Virus record (IMG/VR): IMGVR_UViG_3300045988_144119
Location: 13,719 to 77,718 of that record
Source of the DNA: a virus
Reading direction: 5' to 3' (one strand)
DNA length: 64,000 nt
The position numbers and the translations under genes are program-made. The notes below the pieces were generated by a model, which had not been told where the DNA came from, made no database searches, and worked only from the letters and a program-made list of their open reading frames with translations. Shown piece by piece: positions 28,058-37,357 of the stretch; the first letter of the stretch is position 1; each line of letters opens with the position of its first letter.

Positions 28058-30355
28058 ATGGCTAAAATTCATAAACTTACCAAAAAGGGTCAGACTATTT
28101 ACCCTGCTACAACCACTGATGCGGTGGTACATCCAACTAGTCGTAAAAACCTTACGGAAGAACTTTCCAAATTAGAAAATTATAATGGGCTGGATTCCCC
28201 TCACTGGGGAGTTGCTGTTCAAGAAGAATTCAGTAAAGTTGGAATATTTCTCCTAAATGGAGAATTTAGCGGCAATAATCATTATAAAACAAAATTATAT
28301 TCTCTTAAATCATTTAAAAAAGGAGTTGCTTCTATTCAAGAATATGGAAGTGGCTACTACTCTATTGGTATTTCAGATTCTAATTTTAAAATGATTAAGC
28401 CTATAATGAGGGTTAATTCTATGGATCCTAAAAACGTTCTATATAGTTTTATCTCTAATGATTCGGAATATTATCTTTTTGCAACAAGTCGTATAAATAC
28501 TGGAGGAAAAGAACCGGAGTTATATACTGAATCTTCAGGTGTAAATAAAATACAAGAAATAACAAAATCAATTGAATTAATTAAGTCATTAAATTCAAGT
28601 TTAATAGTTTCTAAAGAGACAAAACTAAGTTCAAAAAAATCTCTTGATGGATATTTTACAATGGATAATAAATTTCTAACCGGACAATATACGACAGAGT
28701 TTTATCCATTAGAAGATTGTAATTATATTCTAAAAGGCATAGATTATGGTACAGCATTGATAACGTATGGGTATTCTAGAACAATGAGTTCTTCTGTAGA
28801 AGATATATTACTAAAATTCCCAATGAATTCTCCAACGCAAGAACCTATAACATTTAGATTGAATAAAGATGATCATCCTAAGGATGCAAAATTTATTTTT
28901 GTAACAAAAAGAAAGAATTATGAAAAAGATCTTTTTAGGGTATCAGATACCTACATAAGCGATATGTTATTTGAAGCTGATTTTACTAAAATGACAGAAT
29001 CTATATCCTATGCTGGGTATATTCTCCATGAAGAGTGGCTCGAAAATAACTCTTATACAACTTTTTATTACCCATTAGACAAGTCTTTAGATTATAAAAT
29101 TATAGGTGAAGAATATGGTTCTGGTATTCCGAGCTATGGTTTTGCAACAAATACTAATAAAGAAAAAGATAGTATAATTAAATTTATTAATATGAATGCC
29201 GGCTCTGGAGTTGTACCTTTCGATGTTGTAATAAAGAAAGAAGATATTCCTTTAGAAGCCAATTATATTTTTGTGGTTTCAAGAAATAGTAATCCCAAAT
29301 ATCTGTATGAAGGACTGAAAAAATTTATTCCCGAATTAAATAAAGAAAAAATAAATTTATTAGAAGCCCTCCTCCCCTCCGGTACTTATAGAGCAAGAGT
29401 TATTGAATATACAGATAAGGTTGTTGGAAAAGAATATACTGACAACAATGTTAATAGAACTTTTAATCTGTTACAGGTTATAAGGAAGTATAATACTACG
29501 CATGATATAATGGTATGTCTTGGGTTGAATGGCCCTAATGGAATGTTTGGTATTCGTGGATGGAGATTACTTTCCAATCAAAACAGAACATTATCAAAAT
29601 TTCCACAAGATACGTCATTTACAGAAATGAGTGAGACTATAGGGCCATGGAAAATAAAATCTGTAAGCAATGCAGTAGGAGATAGCGGTCAAGACTTTGT
29701 AGGAGGATTTCATGCTTTAATTAATCCCGATACAGATAGTAATTATCCATCCGCAAAAAATTTAGGATACATTTTTTATGCTGATAACAAGGAATTATCT
29801 GTGGGAGAAGAAGTTTTTTGTAATAGTATAACAGCAATTTCTTCTGTTAATATATGCTCAAGCAACACTTTTGACAAACAAACAAATACGGCAAGAGAAG
29901 TTCTTAATTATCAAGATACTTATCAAATGCAAGGAGATAAAATATATGTATTTGCCAAATTTAAAGCACTAGAAGATATTACCATAAATTTACATTATGG
30001 GCTTCAAACTGCTGTGTTTAATCCTATTATTGGCTATTTGACTGATAATGGAATTATTGAAACAAATACAAGCATAGATTATGATAAAAAAGAAATTACA
30101 CAAATACCTTATTTAGTTTATGCTAAAAAAAACGATGGAAACACTTTGTACTGCAAGATGTATGATCAAGGTGCTATGACTGGGAATAGAGCGAACGGTG
30201 TTAAAGCTTTCCAAATGAGTTATGGTGCAGGAAATACTAAAACTTATCACTATGTATATGGAAATGGTAAAATAGGAAACCTGAAAAAAGGTGATTCAAA
30301 TTACTATACTGGATGGTTTTGTATTTCTGATAAAGATTTTGCAATTGTAGACTAA
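28058..30355 (+). CDS. receptor-binding protein / tail fibre (765 aa)
   Basis: N-terminus KIHKLTKKGQTIYPATTTDAVVHP is a typical fibre anchor motif; the body is visibly AT-richer than neighbouring genes. Confidence 0.6.
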   Translation: MAKIHKLTKKGQTIYPATTTDAVVHPTSRKNLTEELSKLENYNGLDSPHWGVAVQEEFSKVGIFLLNGEFSGNNHYKTKLYSLKSFKKGVASIQEYGSGYYSIGISDSNFKMIKPIMRVNSMDPKNVLYSFISNDSEYYLFATSRINTGGKEPELYTESSGVNKIQEITKSIELIKSLNSSLIVSKETKLSSKKSLDGYFTMDNKFLTGQYTTEFYPLEDCNYILKGIDYGTALITYGYSRTMSSSVEDILLKFPMNSPTQEPITFRLNKDDHPKDAKFIFVTKRKNYEKDLFRVSDTYISDMLFEADFTKMTESISYAGYILHEEWLENNSYTTFYYPLDKSLDYKIIGEEYGSGIPSYGFATNTNKEKDSIIKFINMNAGSGVVPFDVVIKKEDIPLEANYIFVVSRNSNPKYLYEGLKKFIPELNKEKINLLEALLPSGTYRARVIEYTDKVVGKEYTDNNVNRTFNLLQVIRKYNTTHDIMVCLGLNGPNGMFGIRGWRLLSNQNRTLSKFPQDTSFTEMSETIGPWKIKSVSNAVGDSGQDFVGGFHALINPDTDSNYPSAKNLGYIFYADNKELSVGEEVFCNSITAISSVNICSSNTFDKQTNTAREVLNYQDTYQMQGDKIYVFAKFKALEDITINLHYGLQTAVFNPIIGYLTDNGIIETNTSIDYDKKEITQIPYLVYAKKNDGNTLYCKMYDQGAMTGNRANGVKAFQMSYGAGNTKTYHYVYGNGKIGNLKKGDSNYYTGWFCISDKDFAIVD

Positions 30356-30478
30356 ACTTGTAAAAACTCCCTGCATGCCTTCGCAGGCAGCAGGGAAAAA
30401 ACTTATGCAAACCTCGCCAGGTCTGTTGGGTTATGAAAAACACATGCAAATATAGTATTAATCTTAAAAACAGACAAA

Positions 30479-30925
30479 ATGAAAGATGTTATTTACAATT
30501 TTATCCAGCAGCACATGATGACACACATCGTGCTGATTGCCTTATGTATCGCTGTCACTATTGGGGCTATGTTTATAGACCTGTTGACAGGAGTTATGAA
30601 AGCCAAACAGCGCGGCGAGGCAAGGACATCGACAGGTTACAAGAAAACGGCTGTCAAGGCAAAGAAGTACTTCACGCCATTCTTAGAATTGTGTTTCATA
30701 GACTTACTTTGCTGTGTCGTTATCCCTTTCCCTGTCTTCTCCATGATTTGGACGGTCTATTGTATATTCTGCGAATTTATATCGGTAAGGGAAAAATCAT
30801 GGGAAAAGGCGGAATTGAGGAAAGCAGAGAAAACGATGAGTGTGATAATTGAAAACAAGGAAGATATCGCAAAATTGGCTGCACAGATATTATTTGAATC
30901 CAAGAAGGAGGAAAAGAAGGAATAA
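30479..30925 (+). CDS. holin (phage_holin_4_1 / LL-H-like)
   Basis: 148 aa with TM helices; IDLLTGVMKAKQRGEARTSTGYKKT resembles the D..TG...A......S motif of that holin family; K/E-rich tail. Confidence 0.7.
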   Translation: MKDVIYNFIQQHMMTHIVLIALCIAVTIGAMFIDLLTGVMKAKQRGEARTSTGYKKTAVKAKKYFTPFLELCFIDLLCCVVIPFPVFSMIWTVYCIFCEFISVREKSWEKAELRKAEKTMSVIIENKEDIAKLAAQILFESKKEEKKE

Positions 30926-30929
30926 AAAA

Positions 30930-30949
30930 GCCGGTATCGCTATACCGGC
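30930..30949 (+). terminator. 8-bp perfect hairpin after the holin gene
   Basis: GCCGGTAT cgct ATACCGGC; no T-run after it, so its role (terminator or processing site) is uncertain. Confidence 0.4.
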
Positions 30950-31039
30950 ATAGTTATCGCCATATCTTTTATGAAAAGCAGTATAATTAAATACTGTCGC
31001 AAACATACATAAATTATTTAAATATAAAAAATATATAAT

Positions 31040-31447
31040 ATGAAATTAAGAGTAGAAAGATTATGGAAGAAACCCGCTTACACGGTGGGCAGACTGTTCG
31101 TAGACGGAAAGTTTTTCTGCAACACACTGGAAGACACCGTCCGCGATTTGAGCAATGAAAAGAAGGTATATGGCAAAACCGCCATCCCTTACGGAGAATA
31201 TAAGGTAGTATATAACTGGTCTCCCAAGTTTGGCAGAAACCTGCCACGATTGCTTAACGTCCCTGCCTTTGAAGGCATCTTGATACATCCGGGGAATACT
31301 GCCGATGACTCTGCCGGCTGCATACTTGTCGGAAAGAATACGGAAGTCGGGCGATTGACCGAATCCCGATATACATCCGATAAGCTCAATGTGCTGATAG
31401 GGGATGCGCAGAGAAGAGGCGAAAGTATTACAATTGAAATTGTATAG
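31040..31447 (+). CDS. candidate cell-wall hydrolase (DUF5675-like, YkuD-like His/Cys motif)
   Basis: 135 aa after the holin; GILIHPGNTADDSAGCILVG resembles the H...GC catalytic signature of L,D-transpeptidase folds; family name from memory. Confidence 0.45.
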   Translation: MKLRVERLWKKPAYTVGRLFVDGKFFCNTLEDTVRDLSNEKKVYGKTAIPYGEYKVVYNWSPKFGRNLPRLLNVPAFEGILIHPGNTADDSAGCILVGKNTEVGRLTESRYTSDKLNVLIGDAQRRGESITIEIV

Positions 31448-31498
31448 AGCAGCTTGGTAGGGTTGTATGTTAATGTTGCAAACTAAAACCAAATTGAA

Positions 31499-31945
31499 AT
31501 GAAATGGCTTCCTTACATATTACTGATTGTACTCGCTTTCGGTTTAGGATGGTTCGCAAAGCCATCCCCCGAAGCAGTTATAGAGGCAAGAACGGATACG
31601 GTATTCAGTTCAAGCCTTGTGATAAGAAGGGATACGGTCCCCTACTACCTTCCTACTCCTTTGATTTGCTGGCACACGGGCGATACTATCCATGTAGGTG
31701 ATACGGTGCTCCCTGTCGAGCAGAAGATATACCGGGACAGTAACTATACGGCTTATGTCAGTGGTTATAACCCGAACTTGGACAGTTTGAAAGTATATCC
31801 TAAGACTGTCACGGTTACTAATGATATTGTGCGCATACCGAAATGTCCATCAAAAAAATGGGGATTAGGAATTCAGGCAGGATATAGTTATCCGGCGGGG
31901 AGTTATGTAGGAATTGGAATTAGTTATAATTTGTTGGTGTGGTAA
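31499..31945 (+). CDS. membrane-anchored protein of the lysis cluster (spanin-like role is a guess)
   Basis: 148 aa with an N-terminal TM anchor WLPYILLIVLAFGLGWF. Confidence 0.35.
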   Translation: MKWLPYILLIVLAFGLGWFAKPSPEAVIEARTDTVFSSSLVIRRDTVPYYLPTPLICWHTGDTIHVGDTVLPVEQKIYRDSNYTAYVSGYNPNLDSLKVYPKTVTVTNDIVRIPKCPSKKWGLGIQAGYSYPAGSYVGIGISYNLLVW

Positions 31946-32086
31946 TTTATTTGTATAATTGCAAAATTATAATATAAAAAAGAAAGGAGGTTCAAAATGA
32001 AATAGAACACTATACCGGGGATTATCCTCACAACGCTACGAGTAGAAGCGTAGCGATTACTCAAAAATAACAAAAGCAGTTCTTTC

Positions 32087-32183
32087 GGGGGCTAAGAATT
32101 AAAAAAAAGCCCCCAACATATCATCATATTAATATTGCCACATAAAAACATGATAAAGCATAAGATACCTGATGTTGGGGGCT
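32087..32183. repeat. three-part GGGGGCT / AGCCCCCAACAT / ATGTTGGGGGCT element (alternative hairpins)
   Basis: 32087-32093 pairs with 32108-32114, or 32108-32119 pairs with 32172-32183 (12 bp). A second hairpin, CGCTACG/CGTAGCG, lies at 32034-32055. Confidence 0.5.
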
Positions 32184-32275
32184 AATATCTTCAACATAAA
32201 TATCTTATGCTTTGTTCATCAAAATCTCATGTTTTATGTGGCGAGGCAAAGATAAGCATAAAAATTAGAAAAACT

Positions 32276-32569
32276 ATGTGCAAATCAGAAATCTTTGCCA
32301 AGATAATTAATATTGTTTCAAAAGAAACCGAAGTGCCTGTAGACCAAATATTATCCTCTGATAAAAACATGGAAACAGTGGATGCCCGGTATCTTCTTGT
32401 GTCTCTCCTGTCTGAAAGCGGCATGTACCCTTCACAAATAGCCGTTCATATCCACAAAACCAAACGTGCTGTTAACTACATGATATCAAATTTCTATGAG
32501 AGGATGGAAAGTGGGAAAATGTTGAGAATATATTGGGATAATATAAAGAAATCATTGGGAAACAACTGA
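32276..32569 (+). CDS. DnaA C-terminal-domain-like HTH protein (97 aa)
   Basis: ETVDARYLLVSLLSESGMYPSQIAVHIHKTKRAVNYMISN resembles the DnaA domain IV pattern (aRqiamYL...s..eIg......H.TV); start moved to the ATG at 32276. Confidence 0.5.
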   Translation: MCKSEIFAKIINIVSKETEVPVDQILSSDKNMETVDARYLLVSLLSESGMYPSQIAVHIHKTKRAVNYMISNFYERMESGKMLRIYWDNIKKSLGNN

Positions 32570-32641
32570 TTTTACATAAGTTACAACATATGTACTTTTG
32601 TATACGGTCAATTTTGACCGGGATACAAAATACAAATACTT

Positions 32642-33640
32642 ATGGAAAGAACTTATGTTTTTAATTCAGACGGAGGCAATGGAGGTTCAGGTGGTAGCAA
32701 GCTTGACATTACCGCCATGCTTCCCGGGATGTTTGGGAACAAGGGGATAGACCCTAACCTGCTTGCCTTGATGAATAACGGCAACGGCTTTGGAGGACAG
32801 GACGGATGGTGGAGCATTATCTGGCTTGTTGTGATAGCAAGTATCTTTGGATGGAACGGCAATGGTGGCGGTTTGTTCGGTGGACGTGGAGGAAACGGAG
32901 CTAACGGACTTCCGGCAGAATTGGCAGGAAACGCAGGACGCGAATTGTTGATGCAAGCTATTCAGGGTAACGGTAATGCTATCTCTCAATTGGCTTCTTC
33001 ATTCAACTGCTCTACCCAACAGGTTCAGACAGCATTGTGCAATGTTCAGAATAGCATTACACAAGTAGGTAATCAGGTGGGATTGTCAACCAACCAGATT
33101 ATTAATGCTATGCAGTCAGGCAACCAGTCTATCCTAACTCAACTTGCCGATTGTTGCTGCAAAACGCAAACAGCTATTGAAAGACAAGGCTATGAAGGAC
33201 GTTTGCAGAATTGCGAATCAATGAATGCCCTTACCAATACAATGAACAACAATGCATTGTCATTGCGTGACGGTGCTACTGCCAACACGAATGCTATCCT
33301 TGCCAAACTTGATGCAATTCAAAATCAGGCATTGCAGGACAAGATTGCATCTCTTACTGCGGAAAAGGCTACTTTAACAGCCGAAATATCCCAGCGTAAT
33401 CAGAACGCCACTATCCTGAGTGCAGTAGGACAACAGATTGCTCCTTTGGCAGCCGGATTGCAAAGCCTGCAATCGGACGTCGATGGCATTAAATGCCGCA
33501 TGCCACAAACCGTGCCGGTACAATACCCTAACATCGTTGGCGTAAATCTTGACACATACAGAGCTGCTGCTTTTGGAGCCTATGCCGGTGACGCTGCATA
33601 CGGACGTAGTGGATGTGGTTGCAACAACTACTGGGGTTAA
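32642..33640 (+). CDS. glycine-rich, Q/N-rich membrane-associated protein (332 aa)
   Basis: Gly-rich N-terminus, one hydrophobic helix (WWSIIWLVVIASIFGW), Q/N-rich coiled-coil centre, Cys-rich C-terminus (CGCNNYWG). Confidence 0.6.
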   Translation: MERTYVFNSDGGNGGSGGSKLDITAMLPGMFGNKGIDPNLLALMNNGNGFGGQDGWWSIIWLVVIASIFGWNGNGGGLFGGRGGNGANGLPAELAGNAGRELLMQAIQGNGNAISQLASSFNCSTQQVQTALCNVQNSITQVGNQVGLSTNQIINAMQSGNQSILTQLADCCCKTQTAIERQGYEGRLQNCESMNALTNTMNNNALSLRDGATANTNAILAKLDAIQNQALQDKIASLTAEKATLTAEISQRNQNATILSAVGQQIAPLAAGLQSLQSDVDGIKCRMPQTVPVQYPNIVGVNLDTYRAAAFGAYAGDAAYGRSGCGCNNYWG

Positions 33641-33662
33641 TCCGGTAAGAAAGGAGGTAGAT

Positions 33663-34079
33663 ATGTGGCCTAACTTTTTTACAGGATTCCCATCCCTATT
33701 CCCATCAATCGGAAGAACAAATTTCAACACTCTTCCTACGGTGGCTGTGACCGTCGGCACGGAGAATGTTACTTTGGAACTTCCTAACCACGCATTCCGT
33801 AACAGGGATTATGTTGGAGGGTTCTATATCAGCCTCCGTCAGGCTATACCTGCCGGCACGACTGCAACTCTTCCGATACTGATAGGGACTAATGGGGACA
33901 CAAGACCGTTGATGGCTTATAACAATGAGCCTGTGACTGTTGAAAACTTAGCCGGAACAGGCATCTATGAAATTCACTATAACAAGTACACCAACGAATT
34001 GTATCTTGTTAATGGTGGATACAGACCGACAGCGGCTCCGGCTCCTACAGCAGAAACAGCTTCTTTAAGGAGCAAGTAA
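33663..34079 (+). CDS. hypothetical protein (138 aa)
   Basis: ATG at 33663 preceded by AAGGAGG; the ORF-track start at 33549 would overlap the previous gene. Confidence 0.55.
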   Translation: MWPNFFTGFPSLFPSIGRTNFNTLPTVAVTVGTENVTLELPNHAFRNRDYVGGFYISLRQAIPAGTTATLPILIGTNGDTRPLMAYNNEPVTVENLAGTGIYEIHYNKYTNELYLVNGGYRPTAAPAPTAETASLRSK

Positions 34080-34148
34080 TAATTAACATGGAGTTTTGTG
34101 GTGATTTCCAAAATGGGAATAGCCACACTCCTTTAAAATCAAACAATC

Positions 34149-34706
34149 ATGTTTCAAAACTTACGAGTAAACAGTACATTATATCTTCTTCATAGAGGTG
34201 CAAATCCAAGTTTGGAATGTGGGCAGGTCGTTAATGTAAGCCCCATAAAAACCATATATAAGACTGTTCCCAACATGCCTTATCCACAGCCGGTACAGGT
34301 TATTGATTTTGTCGTGAATATAAACGGACAGAATGTCAATTTGCAAGAGATACCGGCTAATGCCAATATTGCCGATGATATTAAGACAGGAATGCTGATT
34401 ACAGGGTCAAGAGACGAAATGAATACTGAGGTCCTTACCATGAAGCAGAAAAGTGAGGATGTCCTAAAAAGTGTGGAATATCATCAGAACTTTCTTAGGG
34501 TATGTGACCAAATGCTTGCCATGCTGAACCCTGAATTTGCAGCCAAGCAACAGCAGGAGCAGGAAATATCCGCATTGAAAGGGCAAATGTCCAATATGGA
34601 TAAGAACATGCAGGAAATGAGCAAAAATATGGCTGATCTCATTGCACAGAATCAGAAGTTAATGGAACAGCTCGGAGTGGTTGAAGCATCTAAAAACAAG
34701 AAATGA
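34149..34706 (+). CDS. hypothetical coiled-coil protein (185 aa)
   Basis: Q/E/M-rich C-terminal half; its stop overlaps the next start. Confidence 0.55.
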   Translation: MFQNLRVNSTLYLLHRGANPSLECGQVVNVSPIKTIYKTVPNMPYPQPVQVIDFVVNINGQNVNLQEIPANANIADDIKTGMLITGSRDEMNTEVLTMKQKSEDVLKSVEYHQNFLRVCDQMLAMLNPEFAAKQQQEQEISALKGQMSNMDKNMQEMSKNMADLIAQNQKLMEQLGVVEASKNKK

Positions 34707-35002
34707 TTATGGGAATGTGGGAAATATTAGAAGAAGGGCGTGACGATTACGGACGCGGCTTCGGTATGAGAGGTGACGAAGTGGAGGAAGCCTACAAGGA
34801 AGGCTGCCGCAAAGGTTACGAAAAAGCCATGAGAGAGATGCGCGGAGAGATGGGTTTCCGTGATGGTGGGAGAAGTTATTCAGGTGGTGGAAGCTCATCC
34901 GGCATGGATGAACGCAGATACCCCGGATACTTTCCTGAATATCCGCGTATGGATGAAATGGGCGAACGCAGACGCAGACGCTCTAACGGTGAATTCTATT
35001 AA
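34703..35002 (+). CDS. R/G/E-rich small protein (99 aa)
   Basis: Low-complexity RG/GG and RRRRR stretches; followed by a strong terminator. Confidence 0.5.
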   Translation: MIMGMWEILEEGRDDYGRGFGMRGDEVEEAYKEGCRKGYEKAMREMRGEMGFRDGGRSYSGGGSSSGMDERRYPGYFPEYPRMDEMGERRRRRSNGEFY

Positions 35003-35008
35003 TAACAG

Positions 35009-35032
35009 GAGGGGTGAAACGCCCCTCTTTTT
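35009..35032 (+). terminator. rho-independent terminator
   Basis: GAGGGG (35009-35014) pairs with CCCCTC (35022-35027), followed by TTTTT. Confidence 0.7.
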
Positions 35033-35043
35033 AAATTAAGGCT

Positions 35044-35463
35044 ATGGAACAAAGATTAGATACATATAGCAAATTCCCATCAGGAATGCAAGAATACCTG
35101 GAATCATACGGATTCCATTTCAGTAAAAAACTTTACGAATGGGCTGTTTCAAAAATGAAAGTGAAAGACGAGGCAACAGGCAAGGAAAAGAAACTTGACC
35201 CTTGGAGTAAAGATGAGGTGGACGATATGCTCAAAGCAAACGGAATTACCATCGAACACGACAAAGGATATGACGTTGCCTATGTTGCAAATATGTTGAA
35301 AGCAGATTTTTTCAAAAAATCATTGGTTGACGAAGCACATTTGTGCAAACACATAAAGTGCTACCTTGATGATATTGATGGGGACCCTTGCAGGGCGTTT
35401 GATGAATTCTTTGCCACCTGCATCGGTAAAGGAGTTCCTGTAATTTGGTCTGATGTTATATGA
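35044..35463 (+). CDS. hypothetical protein (139 aa)
   Basis: ORF overlapping the downstream HExxH gene by 4 nt (ATGA). Confidence 0.55.
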   Translation: MEQRLDTYSKFPSGMQEYLESYGFHFSKKLYEWAVSKMKVKDEATGKEKKLDPWSKDEVDDMLKANGITIEHDKGYDVAYVANMLKADFFKKSLVDEAHLCKHIKCYLDDIDGDPCRAFDEFFATCIGKGVPVIWSDVI

Positions 35464-35882
35464 TTGTTCAGGAGTTCTACATACCGAAATATGGGGATTG
35501 GCACGTCAAGGTGTATTATGCGGTACACACTTATTGGGCTAAGGAAATCATTACCGACCTGTACCGTATAGGATGCAGGGGGGATTCCCTCAAACGTGCG
35601 TATCGCAACCTGACGGAAGGCAGGATGAATACCGGACTTACCTATTCGGACTACAGGAGAAGAGAGACGGTAATGGTGCTCTCTTTGACTTCTACCCCCG
35701 AACAGTTCCAAAATTCGTGGGACCACGAAAAAGGTCATTTATGCCGGCATATTTCCAAGGCTTTCGGGATTGACCCTTATGGAGAGGAAGCACAATATCT
35801 CAGCGGATATGTCGGTCAGAAGATGTTTCCTGTTGCCAAGAAATTCTTATGTGAACATTGCAGAAAGGGAATGGAAAAATAA
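35460..35882 (+). CDS. small HExxH (HEKGH) metallopeptidase-like protein, intact paralog of 199-578
   Basis: WDHEKGHLCRHISKAFGIDPYGEEAQYLSGYVG aligns with AHEALHVSSFIFSDIGVKGDF(Y)NDEAQAYLVGF of the first gene. Confidence 0.6.
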   Translation: MIVQEFYIPKYGDWHVKVYYAVHTYWAKEIITDLYRIGCRGDSLKRAYRNLTEGRMNTGLTYSDYRRRETVMVLSLTSTPEQFQNSWDHEKGHLCRHISKAFGIDPYGEEAQYLSGYVGQKMFPVAKKFLCEHCRKGMEK

Positions 35883-36044
35883 TAATCGAACAGAAGCGTT
35901 CTTTGACTTGTTGGAATTACCGTTTTTACAAAATAGTCGTGAAATTATATACAAAAATCCAATAAAATTATATATCTTAATTATAAATATATATTGGAAT
36001 AACAAATACTTTATTCTATCTTTGAGCCGAATTTTAAATTATAG

Positions 36045-36851
36045 ATGGAAATGGAACAAGAAAACAACAATGCGATTCTTTCTTTTGAAGATTTTAAAAA
36101 CCAAAACGGCATCGTTTATTGGTGGGCCTCAGAAGTAATGGTTATGCTTGGATATAATGATATGAAAGCATTTTGTAAAGTTCTTGACCGCGCGACAAAG
36201 GCTTTTGTTTCGCTCAACATTCCTCATTATGAAAATATAATAGCTGTGAAACGCAATAATAATGGCGTTGAATTCCAAGATTTCAAACTTACACGTTTTG
36301 CGTGTTACCTTGCTGCTATGAATGGCGATCCAAAAAAGCCAGAGGTAGCATTGGCGCAAGCTTATTTTGCACAGCAAACACGAAAATTTGAATTATACAT
36401 TGAAAACAATCAGGAAATAGACCGCGTGCTAATACGTGAAGAACTTGCAGATGGAAACAAATCTCTCGCTTCAACGGCAAAAGCCGCAAATGTGACTGAT
36501 TATGCAAAGTTTCAAAATGCAGGTTATCTGGGCATGTATAATATGGAATCGTGGAAGCTTGAAAAGAAACGTGGCATTAAAAAAGGAAAGCTATTTGACA
36601 GAATGAGCCGTACCGAACTTGCTGCCAATCTATTCCGTGTTACCCAAACTGAAGAGCTTATAAAGAGTAAACAAATATCTGGACAAGCTAATTTAGAACA
36701 AACACACTATACTGTTGGAAGACAAGTCCGAAATATAGTAGAACAAAATACCGGGCGCAAACCTGAACAGTTGCCACAAGAAAAAGAACTGCCTATAATT
36801 AAAAAGGCTCTTAAAATGACAGCGAAGGAAATGAAAAAAATTGATAAATAA
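36045..36851 (+). CDS. dinD: DNA-damage-inducible protein D (DinD) homolog
   Basis: [35 protein letters not shown] closely parallels E. coli DinD [35 protein letters not shown] (from memory). Confidence 0.7.
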   Translation: MEMEQENNNAILSFEDFKNQNGIVYWWASEVMVMLGYNDMKAFCKVLDRATKAFVSLNIPHYENIIAVKRNNNGVEFQDFKLTRFACYLAAMNGDPKKPEVALAQAYFAQQTRKFELYIENNQEIDRVLIREELADGNKSLASTAKAANVTDYAKFQNAGYLGMYNMESWKLEKKRGIKKGKLFDRMSRTELAANLFRVTQTEELIKSKQISGQANLEQTHYTVGRQVRNIVEQNTGRKPEQLPQEKELPIIKKALKMTAKEMKKIDK

Positions 36852-36977
36852 TTTCTTCGAATTGTAGTTTTGTCTGCAATCTAAAGGTGCAAAAAAGATA
36901 CCCCCCCCCATACATCTACACTAATGAGCTACGGTCAACGTAGCCTTTCAATAAATAAAGTAACTATTTAACATTAA

Positions 36978-37011
36978 GCGGTAATTCCCAACGGTTTTAC
37001 CGCTTTTTTTA
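36978..37011 (+). terminator. rho-independent terminator at the end of the plus-strand late region
   Basis: AGCGGTAA (36978-36985) pairs with TTACCGCT (36998-37005), followed by T7. Confidence 0.7.
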
Positions 37012-37252
37012 TGTTAACATAATATGAAAGATGATAAGTTGAACATATTGCTTGAGCAATCGGATGATATTCCTCATTGGGTATTCTGCCAACTGCTAGC
37101 CATGATACAATGGAACGTTTAGAGAGGTGGATTTATAAAATGATTCCCTTTGTCGTTTTGATGAAGGTGGCTTTGTTGTGCGGCTAATTGAAGCTTATGG
37201 GATATTTGGAATGAACTACCTATCATTGGATTATCCATAGCTTGTTAGTGTG

Positions 37253-37290
37253 AAGAAAAGGGGACTACCCGATTAAGAATGATCCCCCCC
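37253..37290 (-). terminator. terminator candidate at the end of the minus-strand early operon
   Basis: The minus strand has GGGGA...TCCCC (37287-37283 / 37264-37260) followed by TTTTCTT. Confidence 0.5.
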
Positions 37291-37357
37291 AAAAAAAAAT
37301 GGTTACTTTATAAGGACTCGCATTTGAAAACCCCTAAATCTTCAGTTTAGCGGTAGT

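Noticed and set aside
30433-30852. 139-aa ORF overlapping the holin gene in another frame
   Set aside because: The 30479-30925 frame gives a recognisable holin with TM helices. The alternative frame is Arg/Cys-rich with no features.
33549-33662. Upstream start for the 33549-34079 ORF
   Set aside because: It would overlap the previous gene by about 90 nt. The ATG at 33663 has an AAGGAGG 4 nt upstream, and the upstream residues look non-protein-like.
35770-36138. 122-aa ORF bridging the HExxH gene end and the dinD start
   Set aside because: It overlaps two better-supported genes in different frames and crosses an AT-rich intergenic stretch.
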